Shown here: positions 43,097 through 55,837 of the stretch, one piece after another | Numbering within the stretch: position 1 is the first letter of the stretch | Layout of the letters: the number at the start of each line of letters is the position of its first letter | From: Eledone cirrhosa | Lineage: Eukaryota | DNA: 64,000 nucleotides | Assembly: GCA_964016885.1 (NCBI GenBank) | Contig: OZ024742.1 | Span: forward strand, 268,956,001 to 269,020,000 | Direction: 5' to 3' | The notes under the pieces: generated by a model | What the model saw: only the letters and a program-made list of their open reading frames with translations | The model's database searches: none | Told to the model about the DNA's origin: nothing | Program-made: the position numbers and the translations under genes

Positions 43097-46000
43097 TTTC
43101 TTTATTAACCACAAGGGTTTACATAAAGTAGACATTAAGGACAGTGCAGGACAATACAGGACGGTACAAATGGGCATTTCTGCGTGTAAAAAACAAAAAC
43201 AGAGGATGTAACAAAAAAAGAACAATGAAGGGGGGAGACTTCGGAGGGACATTTGTGGAGAAAGCCCAGTAAAAGGCCACAATGACCCTGACCACCAAGG
43301 CAAGTGCCCCCTCCCAGTTTTCCACCTTTAATTTACAGATGTATACTCAGAGTAGGCCCATTCACTCGGGCCATTCTTGCTTCTCTCACCCATCTTTCAA
43401 CAAAATGCTGGGAAGAGAGCACTTCCCTCTCTACTCTGATTTTCCTTTTCAAATGAAATTTGAAAAAGTCAATCAGAGCATCACCGAAGAGGTAAGTGCT
43501 CGTCTTCAGCCCTTTCAAACGTGTCCACCATACTATCTCTTTCGCCATGGCCACCAGGCAGATAAAAACTGCCTGCTCTTCCCGGCTAAAGGAGGAGGGC
43601 GGGGCAATCCTCACGATGGACTCAGATGATAGCCGGATCTGTCCTAAACGCGACAGCATGTGTTCGACATAAACCCACAAGTCAGCAATTTTCGGACACT
43701 GGACGAGTGCGTGCAGGACGGTTTCGTCGCCCTGCGCGCATCTCGGACATGCCCGGCTGACGGCACCTCCATGCCTGTAGAGTTTATCCCGAACTGGCAA
43801 GGCTCCTCGGTAGCACTGCCAGGCCAGAGATTTCTGGAAGTTGTCCATAGGCCCTGGCCCGAAAGTTCTTCCGAAGAGATTGGCTAGTTGATTTTCGTCG
43901 ACGCCTAGAGTTTCCCCAAGTACGTCGTCGCTCTTCCCCTCCACTAATCCTCTATAGAACGCCGAGGTGGAGTTTCCACCGATCACATTGCCCGATTGGT
44001 CGAGGGCTGTGAGCGCCTGAAGACATTCCAGTCTCCAGGCGCTCCCTCTCGGTCTTCGCTTGACGCAGGGCTGCAGCTCCGTCAAGGAAACGAGCTGGGG
44101 AAATACGTGTCTAGCAAACGGCGAACACACCTGATCACCGTCGAGGAAGAGGTGGAGATGTCGTAGCCTGAGCGCGTGCGTGCGCATCATCAGCCACGGC
44201 ATGCCCAGCACTCCACGTAGCGGGTGTTGACATCAGATGGACCGCCTGACCATCGGAGCGCGTCCCTTCCACAAAAAGCGAAAGAGCAAACGCTCCAGCG
44301 CAGTCAGGCGAGGCTTAGGACAATGTACGACGGTCAGGCGGTAGCAGATGACAGACGCTATGTACGCGTTAGCCACCTCCGCTCGACCTTTCAGGGATAG
44401 CTTCCTTTCTGCCCATTTCTGGGTGAGAGAAGCCACCCTGCTCGTCACCTCGTCCCAGTTTTTGTACGTCTGGAGGTCCGGACCGAACCAGACCCCTAAC
44501 AATTTAACCGGTCCGTCCGTCCAGCGTCCAACGACGCTGTTGGACGGCATGGACCTGCCTCTCCAGGTGCCGAGCTGCAGGCCCACTGACTTTTCCTGGT
44601 TGATCATTGCTCCTGTCACCGCTTCGTATTCTCTTAGTGTAGTGCCGATCGCCTCGATGTGTTTGGTGCTCGACACCACTACGGTGACATCGTCCGCATA
44701 TGCTGACACGGATCTTCCGCATCCTAGTTCGCGCGGGACGCCCCTCAACGTCTCCAGTTTGTGCAGTAATGGCTAGAGAGTCAATACGTACAAGAGGGAC
44801 GAGAGGGGACATCCTTGGCGGACCGAGCGTATGATGTTGAACGGTTCCGACAGGTGACCGTTCACTCTCACCACAGAGCAGATGTCGCTGTGCATGGCAG
44901 CGATCCAGCCTCTGAAGACGGGCCCAAAGCCAGCCGCCCTCAGGACTGCCGCTAGGAAACGATGGTCGACCCTATCGAAAGCTTTCGACTGATCTAAATT
45001 GATCAAGGACCCACCCGTGCCAGGTTCCCTAGCTACCCTCTCTACGATGTATCGCATGAGGTGGAGGTTGTCGTGGATGGATCTGTCGGGAATGGCGCAT
45101 GTCTGCGCCTCTCCCACCAGACCACCAACGACAAGCGCCAACCTCTTTGCTAGCTACTTGGCCAAAATCTTGAACTCTGTGTTTAGCAGAGTTATGGGCC
45201 GGAAATTATCTATGTTATCCCGCTTGTTCGCATCCTTTCTCAGCAGTGCCATCGCTCCTCGGCTCACAGAACTGAGAATTCTCCCGTTATGTTGCCAGTT
45301 GCAGTAGACGTCCGCCAAGAGGCATCCGAACAAGTCTGACATCTGTACCTAAAGTTCATCGGGCAGACCATCCAAACCAGGCGATTTATACCTTGTGCAG
45401 CCAGTCATTGCCTCCCGTACTTCAGCGGCTGTTATCGGCTTTTCGCAACACTTCGCCTCAGTGGCCGAGAGCCGCGGCAGTCCGTCGAGGTAGACACTAA
45501 AGTCCATCCCTCGACCCGGCCCGCCGCTGCCCCCGAACAGCTGAGCTAAGTGTCGCTGAAAAGCTTCACACATCTGCCCGGGATCAAGTAGCATGCGCCT
45601 GTCGTGGTCCACCAAAGAAGGGATCGTGGTTTTGTTGCCACGACGCGCCTCTGCCATTCGGGCCCATTGATCGGCTTTCGTCCCCTCGTGTCTTAGAGCA
45701 CGCAGCCTTGCTCTGACAACGCAGCCTTCGTGCTTTGCATTGAAGAATTGGTCAAGGGCCAATTTCGCCGCAAGCACGTCGGTCGCAATGCCTTTGCTAA
45801 GCGCCTCGTCTAATTTTCTAACTAGTTCTCCCTCTGCTCTATTTTTCTCTATTGCTAAAGCGTTACTAAACCTAATGGATTCTATTCTAATCGCTCTTTT
45901 CAGAGCAAACCACCACTTGTTGACGATGGCCCCCGTTAACGCCCGCTTAACTAGTTCGCTAATCCGTTCTCTGTAGGCCTTGCGCGCTGGTAAGGACGCG

Positions 46001-49000
46001 TTTAGCTTCCAGTAGCCGGGTCCTCGTCTATGAAGCCTATCTAAGTCAAGCACACAGATCACGAATAGCTGACTATTTTTAATTGTGGACAGCCTATGCT
46101 TGACCTATCTATTTCCCTACAAAATACTCTATCTAGATATGATCTGGATGACCCAATGCGATTTGTCCAAGTCCACATTGGCACATTCGGGAAATCCAAT
46201 CGGTACCTGTCAGACAGTTCAAAACGCCTGAGCAGGTTGGGGAGGCTCTTGCACGCTCCACCCCTATCTGCTAATCCCACACAGTCCCAGCGTGCATATA
46301 AGATCCCCTTCCAGTCGCCCACTAACACTAAAGAGCGGAACGTTCCAAGAAAGGTCTCCAGACGCCGGAAGAAATCAGGCCGCCCTGCTCCTGTCGGGGC
46401 ATAGACGGCCACTAGCCTGAAAGTTTGCGTGTCTCCGCTGGTCACGTCCAGCACCACCAGCTTACCCTCTGGGTCCAGGAAGATGGCTCGTATGGCGAGA
46501 TCCAAACCTCTCCGAAAAAGCACAGCAACTCCTCCCCCCGATCCAGGACGGCTGGGAGATGCGTACACATCGTAGCCGCCGAAGATCGGTGCGAAGGCCC
46601 GTGTCGGAGATTCTGGTCTCGCTGATGGCCACTACATCTATGTTTAGTGACCTGAGGTCGTTTAGCAGGTGACCCTGCTTCCATGACGACCCCAAGCCAC
46701 GCGCATTTATGCTGCCTATTCTGAGTGAGGTCATGTTTAAAATAGAGTGGAAAAGATGGGAAAGACCACTTACCGTACTTTTCGTAGAGGAGGGATGGTT
46801 TTTACATCCCTTTTCACTTGATCGTCTGGTGAAGGGACCGTTGAATCGTCCCTTCGGCTGGTCGTCGGCTCTTCTATGAGAATGTCTGAATATACTCTTC
46901 GATTGATAGTTCCTCCTAGGTCCCTGAGATCACCAACTGCGTTGGGGAATTTCGTTTTAATGTTTGTGTATTGTTTCTGTGCTATTTTTAGCAGTCTTAT
47001 GTTAGTTGGCGTTTTGATTGGTGCTGGTATTATGTAGTCGTGTTGTGAAATGTCTGTGTGTTCAATTATGTAAGTCATTAGTTTCTTGTTGTGTGTATTT
47101 ATTGCCGTGCATTTGTTTTTCTGGGGGTGGGGTGTGGTTCTGCTATTTTCTTGTCGTTGTTGCTGGGTGTGTGTTTTGTTGTTGTGTTTGCGATGTTGGT
47201 GCTTGTGGTGGTGGTGTTGAAGGTGTTGTTGGCGGTGGGGTTGTCGGCGGTGGTGATGGTGGTGCTAGTGTGGGTGGTGGGTGTTGCTGCTGTGGGTCTC
47301 TTTGCAGTAGACTTTACCCTTTTCTCATTTCTTTCCTCCCCTTTCAAAGGCGACGATGTGGCTGCTTCTGCATTTGTGCCTTCTTACGACCTTTTGCCAT
47401 CTCTCTCCCACCTCACACTCCATGTCTGATTCTGTGAGGTCGGGGAGGGGTACCAGCTCCACTCTTTCACTTGTTGTTGTTGGTGATGTTTGCACTGGAG
47501 TCTCTGTTGCAGCTGCATTTGGTATTGCTGTTGTTGTTGTTAATATTTCCACTGCTGCTGCTGTTTTTGATTTCCGTGGCGTGGGTATGGGTGCCACGGA
47601 CCTATCGTTCCTGGTTGCCGCTTGTCCTGTTGCTGGTAGCCGTGGAGCCGGTTTCGGAAGGAGGGGGGGTTTCTCCCTTCTCAGGGTCTTCTCGTTGCAG
47701 AAGGCCCTGAGGTGAGTCTTCGATCCACAGCGAAAGCTTTCGGGCGTTTTCCTTCAACACTTATGGGCAGTTGAATGCCGTTATCTAAGTCTATCACATC
47801 CGGGATAGCTTCGATGCACTCCTGGTTGGTTTGGATTAGCATCTCAATGGAGGTGCCGACCCAATCTTCTCTTACTTTTTTCTGTACTTGCAGTACAGTT
47901 GTTTTGGTTTTGTCCTCGATTCCGACGAGGACAGACGCGGCCAGCCAAGAAGGGGCCATCCCGGGGGGGACGTGGGTCAGTTTGACCCTCACAATTTTTT
48001 GCCCGCAGTAGGAGGGCACCAACACCATTTCCTCGCTCCTTAGGGTCACTACGGATTGGCCTTTGCTTCCTGGGGTGTTGCAAAATGTACGTCTACGGTG
48101 GCAATTTTTTGCCTCGGGTGATGTGTGTTTTCCGCTGCCACACAGACCCCAAGGCTTTTTCTATTTGAGCCTCTGTGTCTCTTTCCACCCTACGGGATTT
48201 TGTACTTACTGTACGGTACGTAACCGTACAGTGCTGTTGGGTTTCGAAACATTTTTCCGCTGCCCTGCAGATTGCTCGGTGTCCAGTATTTGTCACCATC
48301 TTCTTCGCTTCCTCTAATTCCTCATTTGTTATGAGGATTGTTTCCAAGTTTTTCGCAATACCTGCAAATGAGATTGTTTTTTTTTTTGCTGCTGTTGTTG
48401 TTGTTGTTGTCGTCAGAGCTGCTGTTACTGTTGTTGTTGCTGCAGGTACTACGACTACTGCCTCCGCCGCTGTTGCTGTGGTTGTTGTTGGTGTTGCTGC
48501 TGCTAATGCTGTTGTTGTTTATGCTGCTGGTGATGCTGTTGCGGCTGCTACTGTTGTTTTCATTGTCACTGTTGCTGTTGTTATTACGGCTGCTACTGCT
48601 ATTATTCCTGACGTCAGACGAATGAACTGGGTTTTCGTATTTCCCGCACACCTGTTTCGTCGCTGTCGTCGTCGTCGTGGAGAAACCTTGCACGCTTTGC
48701 ACGAGACTTTTCTTTTCTTTCGTCGCTTGCGAAAGAGAAGGGAGGGAGAGAGACACATTTAAAGAAGGGAGGGAGAGAGACAATCTTCTCTCTGCTGTAG
48801 TGATGATTGAGGAAGAAGAAGACGGAATGAGTGGGAGTGACCTATGAAATTTCTTTTTCGTAGCCATGTTGTTGTTTTATGTTTAAAATAAATATTGGGT
48901 ACAAAACCCCAATAAGCAGTTATTTAACCCCGAAGGGCCAAATAACGGGCAGAAAGACCCCTCTCACGAGGAGGAGGGTGTTTTTGTCTACAAGTTCGTA

Positions 49001-49084
49001 GAAGTTTTAAACAATTTACAATTGTTGTAGTGTTCAAAATTTATAATACCTTACAGAGCCGAGCCTCCGTCAACCATAGCATTC
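43096..49084 (-). mobile_element. Full-length but frameshifted Tx1/L1-clade LINE
   Basis: ORF1 pieces 48867-46770 (low complexity; knuckle F-R-C..H....C near 47700-47740). ORF2 from 46734: SINARGL APE, GPGYWKLN, KSPGLDG, LDQSKAFD, RQGCPLS, AYADDV, CPRC..H..C. (TTA)n on both flanks. Confidence 0.92.
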
Positions 49085-49135
<51 letters not shown>

Positions 49136-49136
49136 T

Positions 49137-50503
49137 GTATGCAATTTGGTATTAGTAAGTGTGGAGTCCTTGTGAGAAGAGGGGCAAATTGAGCAGAAAC
49201 AACGGAAACCAGGTACCAACAGGTGAGATGATAAAGGAAATTGACACTGAAGAAGGATACAAGTATTTGGGTGTTGTGGAGGCTGATGACATCAAGAACA
49301 AAAAAATGAAGGAATTGATAAGATCTGAATACATTTGGAGAGTAAGGAGCGTATTAAAGTCACATCTGAACAGTAGGAATGCCATAACAAAAAGAAATGG
49401 ATAGGAAGACTAGGAAGCTATTGACTATCTTCAACGTGTTCCACAAGAGGAGTGATGTCGATAGACTCTACTTAAGGAGATCTGAAGGTGGAAGAGGTCT
49501 TATCAGCATAGAGGACTGTGTTCAGATGGAGAAAAACAACCTACACAAATACGTGACTGATAGTAAGGAGCCAATGCCCAGAATTGTACGGAAGGAAGGG
49601 ACAATAGACCAGGGGATGTCCAAGGAGGAAATAACAACAAGGAGAATAAGCAGCCTTCATGAAAAATCCCTTCATAGTACCTTCTTTGAGAAAACGGAAT
49701 TCAGAGATCCACAGACATGTAACTGGTTGAAAAGAGGAGACCTTAAAAAGGCTACAGAAGGAATGCTAATGGCTGCGCAAGAGCAGGCCCTAAAAACGAA
49801 GTGGTTGAAACACCATATTTACAAGGAGGAGGCTAGCCCACTGTGCAGGATCTGTGGAGAGAGAAAGGAGACTGTGGCGCACATTGTATCCGATTGTACA
49901 CACCTAGCCCAGACTCACTATAAGGGCTGGAGACATGATGGGCAGGGTGATCCACTGGCACCTATGCAAAGTAAACAATTTACCACATTATGAGAAGTGG
50001 TATGAGCATAAGCCAGAGTCGGTGATAGAAAACGATCAGGTGAAGGTGCTGTGGGATTTTAGGATACAGACGGACAATAAACTGGAACACAATAGACCTG
50101 ATCTGGTGGTTTTGGACAAGGAAAAAAGATCGTGCCTGATTGTGGATGTGGCCTGCACATTCGACACGAGAGTGCAAGAGAAGGAGAGGGAGAAAATTAA
50201 CAGATACCAGGACTTAAAGTGGGAGGTAAAAAGGATTTGGAACTGCCATGAAGTCAAAGTGGTCCCGATTGTCATAGGCGCACTAGGTATTCTCTCAAAA
50301 AGTTTCCAGGGATGGTTAAAGAAAATTGGCCCCGCCACGCTTTCTGGAACGCTTCAAAAGTCATGCTTGCTGGGAACAGCAAGAACCCTCCGATACGTCC
50401 TGAATATCTGAGGCTGCAGGTAGTGGCTTGATATTCATTTCAACAAACTTTCCAGTTAAATAACATCAATGACTGAGACTCAAAGAAGAATAATAATAAT
50501 AAT
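49137..50503 (+). mobile_element. 5'-truncated R4/Dong-like copy
   Basis: ORFs 49159-50411 match the C-terminal part of the 1130-aa protein. (AAT)n on both sides. Confidence 0.92.
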
Positions 50504-53500
50504 GATTTCATTTATTAGCCACAAGGGCCGACATGTAGGGGACAATACAAAGACAGGGACAGTGGGGGTTTACAATAGGGTCGAGTAACAGTGCACAATG
50601 CCAAGACTAATTTAAAAATGAAGATATAAAAATATAAAATAAACTATGCATAAATATAACAAAATAAATTCCCCAATAGGGGATGGACGACCCTGGGGTG
50701 ACTCGGGTACTCCACCAATCCTGAACCACCCTGCGCTTCTAGGGCAGCCAGGGAGAACACCCCTCTCCTCAAGTTAGCTAGCCTATAGGCGCATGGTCAG
50801 AGTAGGCCCATTCACACGAGCCATTCTCGCCACATTCATCACCCTTTTAGCAAATGTACAGGGGGGCAGCACTTCTCTTTCCACCCTCACCAACCTTTCC
50901 AGGTGAAACTTGAAGAAGTTGATGAGGGATTGGCCGAAGATAAAAGTGTCTGTCTTCAGTCCTTTTAATCTGGTCCACCATATAACCCCTTTCGCAACTA
51001 CAACCAGACAGAGGAAAATATCCTGCTCTTCCTGACCTAAGGAAGGCGGCAGGTCGATCTTCAGTATGGACTTGGCCGTTCGACATAACTGTTCGACTTA
51101 ACTCCACAAGTCAGTAATGCACGGACATTGGACAAGTGCGTGCAGAACGGTTTCGTCGTTCAGTGCGTATCTTGGGCAGGTTCGTCTGACAGCACTTCCG
51201 TGCCTGTAGACTTTGTCCCGAACCGGCAGTGCCCCATGGAAGCACTGCCAAGCGAGGGATTTCTGGAAATTGTCCATCGTCCCCGGCTCGAAATTCCTCC
51301 GGTACAAACTGGTTAGTTCGACTTCGTCGAGGCCCAAAACTTCTCCGAGTGCATCATGCACTTCCCACCACTAATCGTCTATAGAATTCGAGATGGAAAT
51401 TCCACTGATCGCATTTCCCGCTTGGTAGAGGGCAGTGGGTCCCTGGCAACATTCCAGGTGCCAGTCACCCAGTCTCGGTCTCTTCTTGACCCAATACTGC
51501 AGCTCAGTCAAAGAAATGAGCTGCTGAAAAGCCCGTCTGATAAACGGCGACCTCACCTGTTCACCATTGAGGCAGAATATCTGGAGGTGTCGCAGCCTCA
51601 ACGCATGTCAGCGCATCATTAGCCACGGCATGCCCAGCCCTTCGTGTAGAGGGGGCTGGCAGCAGATGGACCGCCTCACCAACGTAACTTGTTCCCTCCA
51701 CGTGAATTTGAAGAGGAGCCGTTCCAACTTGACGAGGCGCGGACGGGGGAAAGGCACGACAGTCACGCGGTAGTAGATGACGGACGCGATGTACGCATTC
51801 GCCACCTCCGCGTGACATTTCAATGATAGCTTCCTCCCAGCCCATTTTTGGGTGAGACTGGCTACTCTGCTCGTTACCTCGTCCCAATTCTTTTCCACCT
51901 GGAGGTCTGGTCCGAATCAATCTCCGAGCAACTTTACCAGTCCGTCCGTCTAGCGCCCCACGGCGCTGTTGGACGGCATGGGGTGCCTCTCCAGGTTCCG
52001 AGCTGCAAGCCCACCGACTTTTCCGGGTTAAGTTTGGCTCCTGTCAACCTTTCATATTCCTTCAATAAGGTACCGACCTCCTCGATTTCTGAGGTGTTCG
52101 ACACCATCACGGTGATGTCGTCCGCATAACCCGAGACCGCCTTTCCACGTCCCGGTTTGAGCGGGATGCTCTGCAACAGCTCCAACTTCCGCAGTAATGG
52201 CTCGAGAATCAATACGTACAGAAGGGAAGAGAGAGGGCACCCTTGACGGACCGATCGGGAGCCCGAAATGGTTCCGAGAGGTGGCCATTAACCTTGACCA
52301 CCGAGCGTGTGCCGCTGTGCTTCAGCGATCCAGCTTCTGAAGACAGGGCCGAAGCCAGCTGCTTTCGATTGATCTAAATTGATCAGTGACCCGCCGAAGA
52401 CAGGTTTACACCCTACCCTCTCTATGATGTATCGCATTAGGTGGAGAATGTCGTATATGGACCTGGCTGTGATTGCACAAGTTTGCGCCTCCCCAACCAA
52501 ATCCTCGACGACAAGCGCCAATCTCTTTGCTAACACCTTGGCCAAAATCTTAATCTCTGTGTTGAGAAGAGTTATGGGCCTGAAGTTGTCTAATGTATCC
52601 CTCTTGTTTTCGTCTTTCCTCATCAGCGTCACCACTCCCCTGCTCACAGAACTGGGAATACTCCCATTCTACTGCCAGTTGCAGTAAGTGCTTCGAGGAG
52701 ATCGGTGAACAAGTCTGGCTTACTTACATAAAGCTCGTAGGGAAGGCCATCCAAACCGAGTGACTTGCGCCTCATACAGCCGACAAGGGCGTCCTGAATT
52801 TAGCTGAAGTAATTGGCTTTTCGCAGCACTCAGCGTCGACCGTCGAGATGCGCGGCAAGCCGTCAAGTTAGGGACTTAAATCCGCTACTCTCTCTGACTC
52901 GCCACTCTTCTCGAACAACCGAGCAAAGTGCTGGCAAAATGCCTCACACATCCGCTTGGAATCGTGTTTCGCATTGAAGAAATGGTCCAATGCCATTCTC
53001 GCCGCTAGCACGTCAGTTCCAATGCCACTACAAATAGCCTCGTCTAACTTATCTACCAGCTCCCCCTCCTTTCTATTTTTCTCAAACGCTAGTTCTTTGC
53101 TGAACTCTATCGAAGTTACTCTAACCTCTCTTTTGAGAGACCCCGCCACATGTTGTTGATGATCCCCCCTGTCAACTCTTGCTTAACTAAATTGTTGACT
53201 CGGTCCCTGTAAGCTTTACGTGCCGGAAATGACATGTTCAGCTTCCAGTAACCCGATCCTAACCTACGCCCTTTATTTAGGTCGACCGTACAGATCACAA
53301 ATTTTGTGATCTGAATAGGCGACCGTTTTAAAAAGTGGGCAGACTACACTATTTCTATCTATTTTCCTAATGAAGATCCTGTCTATATACGAGCTAGATG
53401 ACCCCATTCGGTTGGTCCATGTCCATACTGGCACATTAGGGAAATCTAGTCGATACCTGTCAGACATTTGGAACTGGCTGAGTAGGTGCTTCAGGCTTTT

Positions 53501-55813
53501 GCACCCTCCGCTCCTATCGGCTACTCCTACACAGTCCCAGCGAGATCCAGTCCTTTCCTAAACAGCACTGCCACCCCACCTTCCATTCCCGGCGGGCTAA
53601 CCGATGAGAAGATATGATAGTCGTCGAAAATGGGAGCTAGTGCGCGCGTCTCGGATTCTGGTCTCGCTTACGGCAATCATATCCATTTCCAGCGACATGA
53701 GGTCGTTGAGAAGGCGACCCTGATTTCAGGGTGACCGCAGGCCGCGAACATTTAAACTTCCTACTCTTAATATGGCCATGTTGGTAAGCTAAAAGAGAGA
53801 GGGAAGGTGTACTTACCTCCCGGGGTCTTGTGAAGGTCGGGTCGTTCGACCTCCATGGTTGTTGGAGTTTCTTTTCGGAACCCCTTGAAAAGTCTCGATG
53901 TGGGTTTCACATTCGGGGTATCCACGTTTTGAGGAAAGCTTTCCCGAATGTCTTTGATGGAATCGAGTGACATTCGGACAAGAAGCAAATCTTCTGGCAC
54001 GCAAAATGTGCTCATTTCAAATGTCCTTGCTTCGTGCTAAGAGCGCCATCAGTTTAGCGTTGGCCCTTCTGAGAAGCATGAAGTTTTTAACATTTTGTCG
54101 GTGTGGTTTTATTTATTTTCGTTTTGATGACTGTGGTGGTGATGATTTTGGTGGTGTTGTTTCGGATATGACTGTGTTTGTTGTAGGTGTGGTGTCTGCA
54201 ATTTCAGTTATGTGTGTGTTTGTTTAGGTTGTTTGCGTTTCGGTGAATATGGGGTGGTGTCGATGTTACTATTAGGGCTGATGTTATTGGGGAAGTGTTT
54301 GCGTTAGTGGTGTCTGTATTTTTTGTTGTGTTAATTTTTGTGTTTTGTTGGGGTTGTTTTGGTGAGTTTTCTCTCTTTTTTTTGCACTTTTGGGTTTTAC
54401 TTCATCTTCGCTGCTGGAAGACACAGGGTCTGTGGCTGTTAGTGTCTGTGTGTGCGTTTATTATTTTGTCTATGTGTATAATTGGGGGCGGGGTAGGGGA
54501 GTGGGAAAGATTTCCTCGTTTTCCCATTGGATTGGCAACAAAGGAGGTTTGCGAGCCCCTGCATGTTTACGCTGAGGGCAGAAGGCTGGCAAATGCGTTG
54601 CTTCTCCGCAAACGAATCAGTGTGGCCTTCAGCCCTCAGTGATTAGTTGGATTGTTGTCCCGTCCTGCAGGCGGGCAAAATCCGGGATGTTGTGCATTAC
54701 CTCCGATTTCATTTGGGGAATAATCTCCAAATCCATTCTGGACCAGTCTTCTCTCTCTGTCCTTTTGATATCCAGGAGGGTAGTTTCTGTCCCCTCCTCT
54801 ATTACGCATCCCAGCAGCCACCATATGTTCATTCCTGGTGGGATGCTGGGAATGCGGACCTTTACTGTCCTTTTACCGATGTAGGACGAGTGCATGATAA
54901 TGCGTTCCGTTCTGCAGGGGGTCACCGAGTGATTAATAGTTTTGAACAGTACCGAGATGGTACGGAACTGTTTGGCTCTTGCTTTATACTCTATGTCAAT
55001 TCCGATGCATTCCGAAGCAGCCTCGACCTCTGCTTGTCTGGCAAGTTCCACTTTTCGTGTCTGCACCGAAATGCAGACCGCTAGTGCCCCGTCCGGGATG
55101 GTCATGTTTGCCCAGGACTTCTCCCGTTTAATTAGCCTCCACGCCTGGGCCAACTGTTGGTCTTTATCGCTAATATCAATATTCAATAAGCGCTTTGTTT
55201 TTGCTGCTCTGCAGCAAATGTGGTGCCTCTGTTGCTCTTGTTGTTGGTGTTGTTCTTGCTGTTGTTATTGGTGTTGTAGTTGTTTTGTTTGTTGTTGCTG
55301 TTGCCACCGCCATCCGTGTTTACATTGAAGCTGTCGGCGTTATTGTCGTTGATGTTCTGAGTTATTGTTGTTGTTGTGGTGGTGGGGGTGGTGATGTCGT
55401 TTTCAGATGATACTGTTGCTTACACAGACAGGAGCGGCTGTGATGGTAGCTTTTGAGTTTTGCCTTCACATTCAGTGAAGTGGACGACAGGCATGTCCGT
55501 AGCAGTCATAGTTGTGGTGAAATCTACAGTGACTGCTTTTGAACTTTTGACCTGAACGTTGTTTACCGTTTCAAGGTCGAACATTTCCATATGTTTTTAG
55601 GTGGGGAAGCGACTTTTTTCGAAGTTTTTAAAAATAAATCTGAATATTCGGGCTTAAAGCCCTAATATTGAGAGGTATCCCTCTCTTGAAACCAAGGTGG
55701 GTACCTTCTGTTTCGTTAACGACACGAAAATAGAAAAAAACGATACTTTAAAACAGCTTAAACTTACGAACCTTTTCCCCGCAGACTTGTGCGTCTTCTA
55801 ACATGTGCGTCCA
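50504..55813 (-). mobile_element. Second Tx1/L1-clade family, full-length, degenerate
   Basis: ORF2 start at 53779 (MAILRVGSLNVRGL); GSGYWKLN, NFRPITLLN, GYADDI. ORF1 piece 54629..55186 followed by a zinc knuckle. TAA-rich flanks. Confidence 0.9.
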
Positions 55814-55837
55814 AAATAATAATAATACTAATAATAA

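Noticed and set aside
39607-43303. Antisense ORFs over the R4 element (and plus-strand ORFs over the Tx1 elements)
   Set aside because: Shadow ORFs of the true coding strand with no motifs.
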